Origin: Patella caerulea
Lineage: Eukaryota
Direction: 5' to 3'
Length of the DNA stretch: 64,000 nucleotides
Assembly (NCBI GenBank): GCA_036850965.1
Contig: JAZGQO010000002.1
Span: forward strand, 27,060,901-27,124,900
The notes below the pieces were generated by a model. The model ran no database searches. It was not told the DNA's origin and was given only the letters and a program-made list of their open reading frames with translations. Of the stretch, positions 42,255 through 49,349 are shown piece by piece. Within the stretch, counting starts at the first letter, position 1. Each line of letters starts with the position of its first letter. Made by a program: the position numbers and the translations under genes.

Positions 42255-45200
42255 ACCCATTTTAATAGTCCCCCAACTTTCTTCGAAAGGCAGGGGACAA
42301 AAAATCTAAATTACCATACACCATACAGTGAGCTGAACTATGGGGAATATTTTGCCTGTATAGCAATTAAATTCTGTTGTTTTTACATGCACGACACCAT
42401 GAACTATCCTGTCTGAACAACGAGACACGGTTCCTTGCTAGGCGCTTCATTCAGCACCACTCACATGGGGAAGAACATGCTGAAAAATCCTAGAAAACTA
42501 TCTCAGCCAACACTATGATCGAACCCTGGACATTTATAATGGTGACATATGTGATAATATATTTACCCTGGTTGTATCTGATATAACACCACATGTTACT
42601 TTCTCTCCTTTACTCCATAATTCAACTACTTCAGCTCTATAATCATACAAATTAATACAACAATATCGCCATTGTATAACGTTTTCAGCTAAAAATACAG
42701 TAGCAGTATCACATCTTCACTTTTGTACCCAGTCAAATTGGTACCATTAACCGGGGTTGGATGACCGAATGGTTAGCACAATCATGTCCGCTGTAACATA
42801 GGTTCTGCCATTGAGTCAACTGATGTGGTTTCGATTCCTGGGTTGTACCTTGGTATGGGTCCTCTGGTTTCCCCACACTGATAAAGATCCCTATGTGCAA
42901 GCGAATTATTGAAATAAAATTGAACCATAGTTTGTGTCTAGTGGACGTTCGAGTCCATTTCTCTTTCTCTCTGGTACCATTAACAAATACAGCTACCTTA
43001 ATTAGCCATGATACTGTCGCAAGTGTAATGGTTGGCACACAAATATAAATACAATATAATAGACTTAATAAATAGACATAATAATAAGTGAAAAAAGAAA
43101 AATATAAACAGTTGGGTGAATCATTAAAATTTTTAAAAAAGTGTCAAAAGACATGATCAATCAATCCTTGTCTACTATATACATATTACATTAGATTCAG
43201 TATAAAAACAAGAATGAAATAGATGCATAACCACCACGGTTTCACTCAAAACCCATATACAACAAACCACACCAACCTATTTGAACAAAGGCCAAATTCT
43301 CTAACAAGATCTAATTAATGTATCAATTATTACCTCATTTCTGTGTATTCCACCTTTTTATTCAAATAAACACATCCTCCAATCTGATAATCAATACATA
43401 TGTACAAATATTAATATCCCTCAAAGTAAATATATAATAGACATTTTCAGATTCATACACTGTTAATTATAACTGATACATAATTAATACGAGTTAGGAT
43501 ACTGTGTTGTATTATGACTATAGGTCACCATATATTTATCACCATAATTGTATTGCAATATGATTTCAATTACGATGAATTTACAGGTCACAAATTTAAT
43601 AAGTCAATAAGCATACCCAACTTTGATCAGGTCATTATTGCAGACAGGTGAATCATAATACATTGATTCAACAATTTATATTTTGTAATGTAGGCTCTTT
43701 GTTATCAATTATTTATTTCAACAGAGAGCTGATGCCTTTTTGTGTATCTATGGATGGACATAAAGTTATAATTTCTGAAGATCTTTTAAAACCAATGATA
43801 AAGAAGATTTAATTAGAGAGTTTTAACTACAGAATAACCCTATAAGTTGTTAGAATTTTAAAAACAGATGTATGTATGAATAATTGTGAAAACTTACCAG
43901 ACTTTTCCACATTCGATACATGTCACTTCTACTGAAATACTGCTCTTTAAACAATAACTCTACCAAATCTAATGACACATCCTATAATAGTCATATTCAT
44001 AGAAATCATTGCACTTAATATTTCCTACTGAAACGTTTGAATTTTCAAAAGGGTATTATCACTTAAACCAACAAAATAAATGGTTTTAAAGGGCATAATC
44101 ACTTTTACTAGTAAAACAAAACCAGTAAATTTGGTCAAAACAATTCAACTTTTAGTTTTTGGGGTTCAAGATGAATGAAAAAAAATGCACTCAATTCCTG
44201 CCTGTGATTTTTAGACAACATTTCAAATCTTTAATATTTGGAGCAAAAAGCTTTTGAAAAGAGCAACCAGATACTTTTTGTTTTAACATCTAGGATATAA
44301 GACTATCACTTCTAAGAACATTACAATACTGAGCGCCATAGAAAACGCATCACTTAGTTTTTCGTATAACAAAATGATCCTGTAAACATATCTTATTTAT
44401 TTTGCTTCTTATTGTGAACAATATTCAAATGGGAACACATCAATAACAACACATTTGTACACTTATGGATGTTTAATATGTAATCAACGGTACAAAGTCA
44501 GAGGGGTCAAAACCAAAAGTATTACAAAGATGGTTAATTGTCAGTTGCGCGTGTGTCCTCCACTGGCTCTTACGCACACTGTGCAGCACAATTAACAATC
44601 TTTGTCATGCTTTTGTTTGGGTTATGTACAGGAATATATTTGTAAATCATTATCAAATTCTTACCTTTGGATTAACTTTGCTCACATAAACATCTTTATT
44701 TTTCAGGTGAAAGGCAGCTGCAATTGACTGTTCAATACTGATGGCTTCTAAATAATTTTAATTATAAATAAAATCACATTATATGCGATAAGCTTATACA
44801 GTCCAGTTTAAAAATTGAGAAATAAAATATTTACCTTTCTTAATTACTTTATACAAGTTACCTGTTGTCCTCCATATTTAATTCGACACAAGTACTGTAT
44901 TTATGTGGTTAGGTTTTAATGAAATGTAACCTCCTACTTCCCTGCACCAACTAGACTAATATTAAAGATTGACGATCTGGCATACACAGGCAGAAACTGA
45001 CAAAGAGTACTTTAATGTGCATGCCAAAGTGTAATTAAATGGACCCTTGGTTTTTCGAACCATATTCTGAACTACTAGACAATCTCCTTACAAGACCCTC
45101 CCGTACTGCATGGCTGACATGGCATCGAAAGCAGGACCACCATGTTAACAAGCCAGCACCTTATCCTCTGAGTCACTGCGGCTCCGTGTGCTTAGGGACA

Positions 45201-48200
45201 TGCATACAAAACAAGACTCCACTGTCTAGCTACGAACAATTTATTTGTTTTAATGCTCAATTTCCCATAAGTTTATTGCATAGGATATTATTTGGCAAAT
45301 ATAAAGTTAGTCATATTTAACTTGTATTTAATTTGGTATTCTTGTATTACCTTTTTGTTGTGGACATTCATCTTTGACATCTTTAACCTGTTTGACTGGT
45401 TTAACTTGTAGGAGAAGACGACTGAAATCAGACGATAAAATAAAAGTTGAGTTAATATAAAGAAAAGTTGCCAGGCAACAACACATACCCCTACAGCAGT
45501 TAAAGCATTTGAGCAGTTGACAAGGGCTGTCTCATATTAATTGAGGCATTTACAAGACTATTTCAGACAGATTAGGTTATTTTCGTCATTTTTGGGTTCA
45601 CAAATTTCTACAAACTGAAACAACAGTCTCAATAATAGGCGTTTTTGTTTTACTTAATAATGCATTAAAATTTCAAATTTTAACCTGCTATTGTGCTGAT
45701 ATGTGAGGGAATTTTGGTAAGAAGTTGCAGACGATACTAAAAAATATGATATTCTGGAGTGTTGACTTGCACTCAATATTTGACTAAGTCACCTCAAATA
45801 TTAGTCATTTCAGAGGGGGATGGGGGGTGGAGAATAAGTGCATGGATATGCCATTATGATGCATTCAGTTATGCCAGTTATGAAACAAATAAGTATGAAA
45901 CGATATTTATTTTGAAATGAAATGAAGTGCGGTTTAACGTCCTTATCTGCATCTACTGGGCTAATATAGTTTGCCATCAGATGTCAGCACTACAGTCTAC
46001 TTTTATTTTGAATTACGGCTTTAAGAGGTACATTGGACCTTGTTTTTTCGCACCTTCCATTCTGAATCACTGACCAAAGGTAACCAACCAGGCATACCTA
46101 CTTATCTATTATAAACACCAGACATTCATTCCCCGTTCTCCATAGTTCACACACACACTTCGCATCTTACGGCCTTACGCTGTCTTGTTTGTGTTTGACC
46201 CCATCCCATTCTGTCGGACCTATGCATAAGGGTGGATACAGAACTTACCAAAAGGGGTGGGGTGGGGTGAGCCAAAAAAAAGTCCCCTCCAGGGTATCGA
46301 GAACAGCATCAAGATATGTAAGAAATGACAAACAGCCAATCTAGCCGGAACCAACTCAATAATAGTTGTATTTTAGGTCTTTGAAGTTTGATAATTACAA
46401 ATATAATGTTCGTGACAAATGATATTATATCTAATATAAGTCATCAAATTCTGTGTAATTGACACTAAGTTGTATCTATAAAAATTGCAAAAGTAGTATG
46501 TAAACGGCCAATAAAATTCCATTGAAACATGAAACACATTTTATGTTTATATATTACAATGACATGAAAAGCGGAGCTATGCGCCAACCAACCTAATTAA
46601 AAATGATAATAACATTTTCATCTTTGAGGTGATCGGCCTACGCCTGGAGGGCCAAACTCAATTTTGTTTTGGAGAATAATACTGCTTAATTTTGTGTTAA
46701 AAGCTCTTGAAATTCTACCTTAGGGCCAAGCAACTATATTTTGGAGAATAAAATTGTTTAATTTTGTGTGAAAAGCTATTAAAATCCTCTACATTTGGGC
46801 TGAGCAACTAATTAACTCAATATACATGATACGTTTTCAAACAACTTAAACCCGTCAGTTGTCATCCGGAAATGGAGACTGGTGTCTCATGCTGTGTCTG
46901 GATAAAACCAGACTTTTATTTTATAAAATAACGTATTGGTGAAATTTACCTCGGTCATACACTTTATAGACCTCTAAAGGAACAGCAATAGATTATCAGG
47001 TCATCCAACAAAACAAATTGGATGGAAATTTTAAAAGGGTCACGTATCTGCATAAGCGGTTTTGATTTTCATGCCAAAGGACTCAGTATTTCGAACTGAA
47101 ATTTTGAGACAAGGTAAATACATCATTCCTTAATATTTTGGTGCTTATATTTCATATGTACACGGTTGGTTTCTGAGACTGTGTTAAACAGACAAAAAAA
47201 ACATATTAATTCAAACAAAAACAATATTGTTTCACACAAGCTTCACAGAGTGAAACCCTTATATGTTTTATTGTCGCGACTCGCGAAACAAACAGAAGAA
47301 TTCTCCATCACTAAACATTTCTAACCAAATGCACACAATTTGTAAAGTACCTGTCTACCCTAAAGTGACTTGCAAGTGTTCCATTTAACGCAGGCTTAGT
47401 TGTAATGTTTACCTTCTGAGAAAGTGACAGTGTCAGAGAGCGAATGCGATATTTACGTGATATTTACAAGAGAGAATGTGATATTTACAAGATTTACAAG
47501 AGAGAATGTGATATTTACAAGAGAAAAACTTGATTTTATCGGATTTCTAGTCATTTAGGCTATGGGGAGAAATCAAAGGGATGAAAATCCAAGGTATGTC
47601 ACAAAGTTTTAGCCATTTTAATCAAAAAAAGGGCAAGCAATTTTCGAGTCGGAGTATCACCTGGAAAAGACAGTAATTTCAATCATGCATATAAATTCCA
47701 TAAATATCGGATGATAACTTTTTGCACTTTATATAGTCATCAGGAACCATTTTTCAATTTGGTAAGCCCAGGAGAAATGATATATATTATCCAATTCGAA
47801 AATAGCCTATGCCTTGCATCCTCCAAAAAAAGCTAATCAAATCATTTAGAAAGCTGATATTTGGGTAGAAATGTTACAATACAAATAATTGGGCTTTCAA
47901 TGACTGATCCCAACTGAGACACAAATGATATGTCAAGCTGGATAATTTTAAAACTACTTTAAAGCAAAATTTATATTTTTATCTTCAACAAAATGAAATA
48001 AGGTCCATAATTCTATACGAAATTAATGGAAATTGCTGAAATGCAATAAGATTCTTTGTTTCACTAATTTAAAGTAAATGAAGCATAATAACTTTATACA
48101 AATCGGACAATAACTTTTGTCATGAAACAAGAGTCATAACTCCGGAAGGAATTAACAGGAATGAATGAAATTAAAACTTTAGGTTTCTTCATGTCACTGA

Positions 48201-48634
48201 TGTAAACATCCAGGCTGGAAGACATAGTACGGTCGGGACGACGACAATCAACCACTATATTTCCACGTGGGTGTATAAAAATTGATAATTTTATCATGGA
48301 AACAATAATCTTATCTTCTCTTATTTTTAATACTAAGTATACTGGCATGTTTTTTATTATTTTAATCTGTTTTGTGACATAGTAATATTAGTAATAATCT
48401 TTCTTGATGAACGTCTATTCTTTGAAGATTCTTCACACTTCTTTTTGAAATTATTTTTTATATAATCTTAATTAAAAATGATATTCAATTTAATTAAGCT
48501 ATAGCATCAATGCCCTTAAAATATTAGGTTCATTTTCATTACAGACCTATATGCCTCTGCTTGGTCGTAAATCTCTACAACATCTCCAAGATTAATATCT
48601 GGGAATTCTTTAGGATTCAGAACAATATCTGCAT
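1243..48634 (-). CDS. DEPDC5: DEPDC5 ortholog (GATOR1 subunit, DEP domain-containing 5). Multi-exon gene, 35 or more coding exons located; the initiator exon may lie near 49.35–49.41 kb; exons between 32.5 and 38.6 kb are not fully resolved.
   Basis: A chain of minus-strand exons has consensus splice sites and consistent codon phase. Conceptual products match remembered human DEPDC5 blocks (human comparison is from memory). N-terminus: '[24 protein letters not shown]'. Middle: '[39 protein letters not shown]', '[19 protein letters not shown]', '[47 protein letters not shown]', '[29 protein letters not shown]', '[21 protein letters not shown]'. DEP domain: '[55 protein letters not shown]'. C-terminus: '[42 protein letters not shown]', '[15 protein letters not shown]', '[21 protein letters not shown]'. 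Confidence 0.85.
1700..1912 (-). mobile_element. tRNA-derived SINE copy between the last two DEPDC5 exons
   Basis: The reverse complement has a B box GGTTCAATCCC within 'gggtgtagtgaagtaggatgtgatgtaacgaattgtagatcaatgaaagtcattggttcaatccc'. The tail is 'gaaatgaggtttaac'. Confidence 0.55.
2128..2188 (-). CDS. DEPDC5: DEPDC5 exon ([21 protein letters not shown])
   Basis: Acceptor ttttccttttcag| and donor AAGAA|gtgagt. At 61 nt it is exactly the 2+3k+2 length needed to restore phase between the flanking exons. Similar to human 'DRMHLFQEAIAHR'. Confidence 0.75.
2525..2690 (-). CDS. DEPDC5: DEPDC5 exon ([55 protein letters not shown]-)
   Basis: Acceptor attcttacag| and donor TCAAG|gttagt. Similar to human '[49 protein letters not shown]'. 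Confidence 0.9.
4619..4782 (-). CDS. DEPDC5: DEPDC5 exon ([55 protein letters not shown])
   Basis: Acceptor tttgtttcag| and donor ACCTG|gtaaga. Similar to human '[48 protein letters not shown]'. Confidence 0.9.
5585..5700. repeat. Short tandem repeat, about 5 units of ~22 bp (gaccaattagcctacattaatgg)
   Basis: 'cagttagcctacattaatcgctgaataattggaagaccaattagcatacattaatggtaaaccaattagcctatgtcaatggcagaccaattagcctccatta'. Confidence 0.8.
6314..6510. mobile_element. Candidate piggyBac-like MITE, about 190 bp, flanked by TTAA
   Basis: Left end cattTTAA|CCCTTTGAACACTG... and right end ...CGGGTTCTAAGGG|TTAAtatc. Terminal inverted repeats CCCTTTGAAC / GTTCTAAGGG with TTAA on both sides. Internal palindromes 'gccgcaaaactg'/'cggttttgcggc'. 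Confidence 0.5.
8410..8619 (-). CDS. DEPDC5: DEPDC5 exon ([70 protein letters not shown]-)
   Basis: Acceptor tatttctctttcag| and donor GTTAG|gtaaga. The interior lies within the listed ORF 8393..8650. Phase-consistent. Confidence 0.8.
8874..10090 (+). mobile_element. Satellite-carrying nonautonomous element, copy A (pearl/Helentron-like). Structure: 5' arm, about 760 bp of 147-bp x 2 tandem repeats (9230-9990), a (GACA/GACG)n tract (9990-10050), and a 3' arm ending ...GGCGGGGTCAAAAAG.
   Basis: Shares its 5' terminus CAAGCCAAC(A/T)(T/G)TGAGGCTGATGTCCCCCGCCGAAATCC, its GGGCCC-rich arm, its repeat unit and its 3' arm with the copies at 40893-42300 and 58861-60727. An internal 10-bp inverted motif GTCCCCCGCC sits near both ends. 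Confidence 0.7.
10164..10278 (-). CDS. DEPDC5: DEPDC5 exon, second half of the DEP domain ([38 protein letters not shown]-)
   Basis: Acceptor ttatttatttttacag| and donor CACAAG|gtaaga. Similar to human '[29 protein letters not shown]'. Confidence 0.9.
10600..12980. mobile_element. Possible ~2.4-kb nonautonomous element. It is bounded by inverted 'CTCGAAATTAA' ends and by two directly oriented ~45-bp hairpin motifs.
   Basis: 10623 'cgctcgaaattaa' versus 12956 'ttaatttcgagg'. Hairpins 'ctgccacggcataattcatttttttttgccgtggtaga' (10678-10716) and 'ctgccacggcatttttcatttttttgtgccgtggtaga' (12914-12951). Internal ORFs are unconvincing. Confidence 0.35.
13776..13908 (-). CDS. DEPDC5: DEPDC5 exon, first half of the DEP domain ([45 protein letters not shown])
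   Basis: Acceptor atgttttaatag| and donor TGCAG|gtacta. Similar to human '[30 protein letters not shown]'. Fits the DEP-domain pattern CF.G.E.V.W. Confidence 0.9.
15489..15556 (-). CDS. DEPDC5: DEPDC5 exon ([22 protein letters not shown]-)
   Basis: Acceptor ttatctattttag| and donor GACAA|gtaaga. Phase-consistent. Confidence 0.75.
15784..15901 (-). CDS. DEPDC5: DEPDC5 exon ([40 protein letters not shown])
   Basis: Acceptor ctatactttctag| and donor CTCGA|gtaagt. Similar to human 'CDIYGDRP...LLDGFVRFVEGLNRIRR'. Confidence 0.85.
16521..16603 (-). CDS. DEPDC5: DEPDC5 exon ([27 protein letters not shown]-)
   Basis: Acceptor taattacag| and donor TCACG|gtaggt. Similar to human '[26 protein letters not shown]'. 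Confidence 0.9.
17393..17557 (-). CDS. DEPDC5: DEPDC5 exon ([55 protein letters not shown])
   Basis: Acceptor gcagacattcgcag|, phase-selected. Donor GGAG|gtatat. Similar to human '[37 protein letters not shown]'. Confidence 0.85.
18785..18910 (-). CDS. DEPDC5: DEPDC5 exon ([42 protein letters not shown])
   Basis: Acceptor cattaacag| and donor AATCAG|gtaaaa. Similar to human 'GYQIIVQPKTQKPN'. Confidence 0.85.
19060..20060. mobile_element. Foldback element, about 1 kb. Two ~480-bp arms in inverted orientation around a centre at about 19595.
   Basis: Left arm 19060-19590 ('atatcacccactaacacaattgacagtagatatcgcttgtgtgataaaatacataatcttctgcaatatctccttaggagatatc...'). Its near-exact reverse complement is at 19600-20060. 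Centre 'aaaaaacgaggctctgccgagttttttt'. Lies in a DEPDC5 intron. Confidence 0.8.
20191..20284 (-). CDS. DEPDC5: DEPDC5 exon ([32 protein letters not shown])
   Basis: Acceptor gtattattttag| and donor GCAGAA|gtaagt. Similar to human 'MTAQQVFEEFICQRLMQ'. Confidence 0.85.
20913..21057 (-). CDS. DEPDC5: DEPDC5 exon ([49 protein letters not shown])
   Basis: Acceptor atattttattag| and donor ATAAA|gtaaga. Similar to human '[44 protein letters not shown]'. Confidence 0.9.
22932..23042 (-). CDS. DEPDC5: DEPDC5 exon ([37 protein letters not shown]-)
   Basis: Acceptor tgtgattgtag| and donor ATAA|gtatgg. Phase-consistent. Confidence 0.7.
23390..23630. repeat. Minisatellite, about 6 units of ~40 bp ('gcacactgagtttgttatggatgttttggggt...')
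   Basis: Direct tandem copies in a DEPDC5 intron. It generates the listed ORF 23417..23632, a repeat-phase artefact. Confidence 0.85.
23829..23924 (-). CDS. DEPDC5: DEPDC5 exon ([32 protein letters not shown]-)
   Basis: Acceptor tattattcaacag| and donor TACAG|gtagtg. Phase-consistent. Confidence 0.75.
24151..24266 (-). CDS. DEPDC5: DEPDC5 exon ([39 protein letters not shown]-)
   Basis: Acceptor tatattttaaacag| and donor ACATG|gtaaga. Ser-rich linker. Confidence 0.75.
24643..24731 (-). CDS. DEPDC5: DEPDC5 exon ([29 protein letters not shown]-)
   Basis: Acceptor tattacgttgattacag| and donor AACAG|gtatgt. Phase-consistent. Confidence 0.75.
25747..25850 (-). CDS. DEPDC5: DEPDC5 exon ([35 protein letters not shown])
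   Basis: Acceptor ctttgaacag| and donor TTGCAG|gtatat. Phase-consistent on both sides. Confidence 0.75.
25915..26395 (+). mobile_element. Short TIR-bearing satellite element (D1). Contains 2-3 units of a ~150-bp repeat related to the 33.7-35.1 kb array, a short (GACA)2 tract and a degenerate 3' terminus.
   Basis: 5' end GGTTGCCAGCAATAAAACATACACCCACAGTAGC and 3' end ...GACAGACAGGGGCAATGACAATATACGCCCACATTTCAATGT. Shares the ATACRCCCACA terminal motif with the element at 33533-35258. Confidence 0.5.
26520..28297 (+). mobile_element. TIR-bearing satellite element (D2). About 6 units of a 292-bp dimer made of two ~146-bp submonomers, at 26640-28230.
   Basis: Terminal inverted repeats ACAATATACGTCCACATTC (26541-26559) and GAATGTGGACGTATAAAAAT (28277-28296). 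The 3' end is preceded by (CA)n/GACAGGGGCGACGGC. The tandem unit is 'aaatgggcgtggctctgcccctggggg...'. Confidence 0.6.
28416..28634 (-). CDS. DEPDC5: DEPDC5 exon ([73 protein letters not shown]-)
   Basis: Acceptor ttggttttgttacag| and donor TAAAG|gtagca. Similar to human '[30 protein letters not shown]'. Confidence 0.9.
29296..29543 (-). CDS. DEPDC5: DEPDC5 exon ([82 protein letters not shown]-)
   Basis: Acceptor tgtgtttttctgtttttaag| and donor CATGG|gtaata. Phase-consistent. Falls in the Ser/Arg-rich, low-conservation linker. Confidence 0.75.
30470..30660 (-). mobile_element. SINE fragment carrying the family's 'gttttaacgtccactgggtc' tail motif
   Basis: Similar to the heads and tails of the other SINE copies. 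No TSD seen. Confidence 0.4.
32357..32471 (-). CDS. DEPDC5: DEPDC5 exon ([39 protein letters not shown])
   Basis: Acceptor ttgtgtttattacag| and donor CCACT|gtaagt. The frame differs from the listed ORF 32211..32489. Contains the 'DYDAYDAQVFRLP'-like block of human DEPDC5. Confidence 0.8.
32923..33204 (-). mobile_element. tRNA-derived SINE, full-length copy, flanked by a 16-bp TSD GAGAGATGGATAGAGA
   Basis: The same 16-mer occurs at 32907-32922 and 33205-33220. The reverse complement starts with a tRNA-like head carrying an A box TAGTGGTCTAGAGTG and a B box GGTTTCGAGCCC. The tail is ...GAGTGGACCTAAACCTCATTTCTTTCTC. Confidence 0.8.
33533..35258 (+). mobile_element. TIR-bearing satellite element (D3). 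About 10 units of a ~150-bp satellite (33700-35150), a (GGAC)n tract (35155-35205), and a duplicated 3' terminus at 35315-35355.
   Basis: 5' end ...GGTTGCCAGGCAACGAAACATACGCCCACAACAGC and 3' end ...GGGGCGACGGCAATATACGACCACATTTCCATGTGGGCGTATAAAAA. The TIR ATACGCCCACA pairs with TGTGGGCGTAT. ORF 34293..35246 (317 aa) is a repeat-phase artefact of this array. Confidence 0.65.
35662..35695 (-). CDS. DEPDC5: Possible short DEPDC5 exon ([11 protein letters not shown]-). Provisional; part of the unresolved 32.5–38.6 kb interval.
   Basis: Acceptor cattgattttcag| and donor AAAAG|gttagt. Phase 0 in and 1 nt out, which fits the downstream exon 32357-32471. Homology to human 'TPRIKLAGKKP' is weak. Confidence 0.3.
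36497..36775 (-). mobile_element. tRNA-derived SINE copy, reverse orientation
   Basis: Shares the core 'ggtctttagcagtgggagga...' and tail 'gagtggcgttaaaacccattctctc' with the other copies. The reverse complement has a tRNA-like head. Confidence 0.7.
36838..37735 (+). mobile_element. 5'-truncated non-LTR retrotransposon (CR1/L2-like LINE) carrying the C-terminal part of the reverse transcriptase and the ORF2 tail. Followed by an A/T-rich simple-repeat tail to about 38210.
   Basis: Listed ORFs 36845..37327 ('...[62 protein letters not shown]...') and 37349..37723 ('...[23 protein letters not shown]...[10 protein letters not shown]') show the LINE RT thumb motif and the CR1-type C-terminal motif. 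Confidence 0.75.
37900..38210. repeat. A/T-rich low-complexity tract of (TTTA/TTATT)n type, downstream of the LINE fragment
   Basis: 'ttattatttttttattcatttttttattatttttttttatttc...tttatttatttatttattttttt...'. Confidence 0.8.
38632..38705 (-). CDS. DEPDC5: DEPDC5 exon ([24 protein letters not shown]-)
   Basis: Acceptor tttttgtttaacag| and donor CATAG|gtaaat. Similar to human '[25 protein letters not shown]'. Ends with 2 nt of a split codon. Confidence 0.85.
38853..38914 (-). CDS. DEPDC5: DEPDC5 exon ([21 protein letters not shown])
   Basis: Acceptor gtatgtttaag| and donor TTAAG|gtatat. Similar to human '[20 protein letters not shown]'. Confidence 0.9.
39142..39276 (-). CDS. DEPDC5: DEPDC5 exon ([45 protein letters not shown])
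   Basis: Acceptor tatttattttttag| and donor TGTG|gtaggt. Similar to human '[31 protein letters not shown]...TKQRMIDNG'. Confidence 0.9.
39698..39891 (-). CDS. DEPDC5: DEPDC5 exon ([65 protein letters not shown])
   Basis: Acceptor catttttcag| and donor AAATT|gtaagt. Similar to human 'KVVVQNERREEWTSLL...NSTSAQGNYLEAINLSFN'. Confidence 0.85.
40161..40233 (-). CDS. DEPDC5: DEPDC5 exon ([23 protein letters not shown])
   Basis: Acceptor ttttattttcag| and donor TATAG|gtaatg. Similar to human '[23 protein letters not shown]'. Confidence 0.85.
40394..40463 (-). CDS. DEPDC5: DEPDC5 exon ([23 protein letters not shown])
   Basis: Acceptor ttatttttattacag|. Donor ATGG|gtttgt is weak. Phase-consistent and similar to human '[23 protein letters not shown]'. 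Confidence 0.7.
40738..40878 (-). CDS. DEPDC5: DEPDC5 exon ([47 protein letters not shown])
   Basis: Acceptor tcatattttcag| and donor GGAAG|gtaggt. Near-identical to the human '[39 protein letters not shown]' block. Confidence 0.9.
40893..42300 (+). mobile_element. Satellite-carrying nonautonomous element, copy B. Same family as 8874-10090. Repeats at 41200-42200, (GACA)n tract at 42213-42256.
   Basis: Same termini, arms and 147-bp x 2 repeat unit as copy A. Located in the DEPDC5 intron between exons 42567-42636 and 40738-40878. Confidence 0.7.
42567..42636 (-). CDS. DEPDC5: DEPDC5 exon ([24 protein letters not shown])
   Basis: Acceptor tgattatag|A chosen to satisfy phase; a stronger upstream tttttag acceptor breaks the frame. 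Donor CCAGG|gtaaat. Similar to human '[23 protein letters not shown]'. Confidence 0.65.
42754..42972 (+). mobile_element. tRNA-derived SINE, same family, flanked by a 12-bp TSD GGTACCATTAAC
   Basis: TSD at 42741-42753 and 42973-42984. The head has an A box TGGTTAGCAC and a B box GGTTTCGATTCC, then a conserved core '...tgcaagcgaattattgaaataaaattgaacc...' and a tail GAGTCCATTTCTCTTTCTCTCT. Confidence 0.8.
43334..43383 (-). CDS. DEPDC5: DEPDC5 exon ([16 protein letters not shown])
   Basis: Acceptor gattatcag| and donor TGAG|gtaata. Similar to human 'VSTCAYITQKVEFAGI'. Ends with 2 nt of a split codon. Confidence 0.7.
43898..43981 (-). CDS. DEPDC5: DEPDC5 exon ([28 protein letters not shown])
   Basis: Acceptor ctattatag| and donor TCTG|gtaagt. 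Similar to human '[28 protein letters not shown]'. Phase 0 at both ends. Confidence 0.85.
44665..44747 (-). CDS. DEPDC5: DEPDC5 exon ([27 protein letters not shown])
   Basis: Acceptor ttatttag| and donor AAAG|gtaaga. Similar to human '[28 protein letters not shown]'. Confidence 0.8.
45040..45200 (-). mobile_element. tRNA-derived SINE-like fragment of a different subfamily; related copy at about 46020-46150
   Basis: The reverse complement contains 'GGTGGTCCTGCTTTCGATGCC', which is B-box-like. 'ggacccttggtttttcgaacc' resembles 'ggaccttgttttttcgcacc' at 46038. Listed ORF 45039..45320 is probably spurious. Confidence 0.4.
45351..45421 (-). CDS. DEPDC5: DEPDC5 exon ([25 protein letters not shown])
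   Basis: Acceptor gatttcag| and donor AAAAG|gtaata. Phase fits both flanking exons. Similar to human 'PLLLQVKSLKEDLQKE'. Confidence 0.7.
46640..47165. repeat. Interspersed repeat of unknown class; second copy at about 50760-51135
   Basis: Shared blocks 'ttggagaataa.a.t..t.aattttgtgt.aaa.gc.ct.aaaat' and 'gggt.acgt.tctgcat.agtg.ttttgat...ctgaaattttgaga.aaggtaaa.aca.cattc.t.atattttgg.gc.taaatttcata'. Confidence 0.5.
47930..48295 (+). mobile_element. 3' fragment of a related TIR/satellite element, with a ~150-bp repeat remnant and the terminus ...GACGACGACAATCAACCACTATATTTCCACGTGGGTGTATAAAAA
   Basis: The terminus is homologous to the 3' ends at 35200-35258 and 28250-28297. The internal unit resembles the 33.7-35.1 kb satellite. 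Confidence 0.45.
48547..48634 (-). CDS. DEPDC5: DEPDC5 exon, N-terminal region ([28 protein letters not shown])
   Basis: Acceptor tttatttatttcag|AT and donor ATAG|gtctgt. Matches human '[24 protein letters not shown]'. Begins with 2 nt and ends with 2 nt of split codons. Confidence 0.8.
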
Positions 48635-49349
48635 CTGAAATAAATAAAAGTGTTATGTTGTTAATTATGTCAAAAATCTCTCCCAAGGATAAGCACCAAG
48701 TCTGATACCCTTCACATAATATAAACAATAGAACTTCAGGTATGTGTTTAAAATGAAAGAGGGTTTAAAGTCCACTCAACACCAATAAAAGCGACTGTAC
48801 AATCAAATATCCCAAAGCATAAAATAGTGTATTTAAAAAATCAACCTATTTACTTGTAAATGTTGCGTACTTAGTTTTATCGAACTGCTGGGTGACTTTT
48901 TCACAGCAACTCAAATCTTGTATGGTGGGACTGACTACACATGTAAATTAAAGTTGCAATGTATTTGTCTCATCTCGCTGTTGAGTTTGGGCGGTTACAC
49001 ACATAAATTATTCATCTGTCTGCGTTCTGTAATTGCCATTTTTCCTCCTCTCTATTTTATCCGAGTTGGATGGGATGCTTTTCTTAGTTTTAGAGGCCTT
49101 TAAATTCACCTTTTAATAATATCTTTACATGGTCATGCTGGTATGTTGGCTATATGCACCCACCAAATAGACATTTTCAGACTTAAGGAATACGCCTGTT
49201 GAATGTTATGAAAACAGTTTTCTTTGGCTCAAAAGAAGGACAGAAATTTGGCAATCTACAGTAAAACTTTATTGTAAAATTTGTTTCAAAGACAAGGAAA
49301 GTTGACTGAATTCCTACTGTGCAATCAGTAGACTCGTGATCAATTGAAC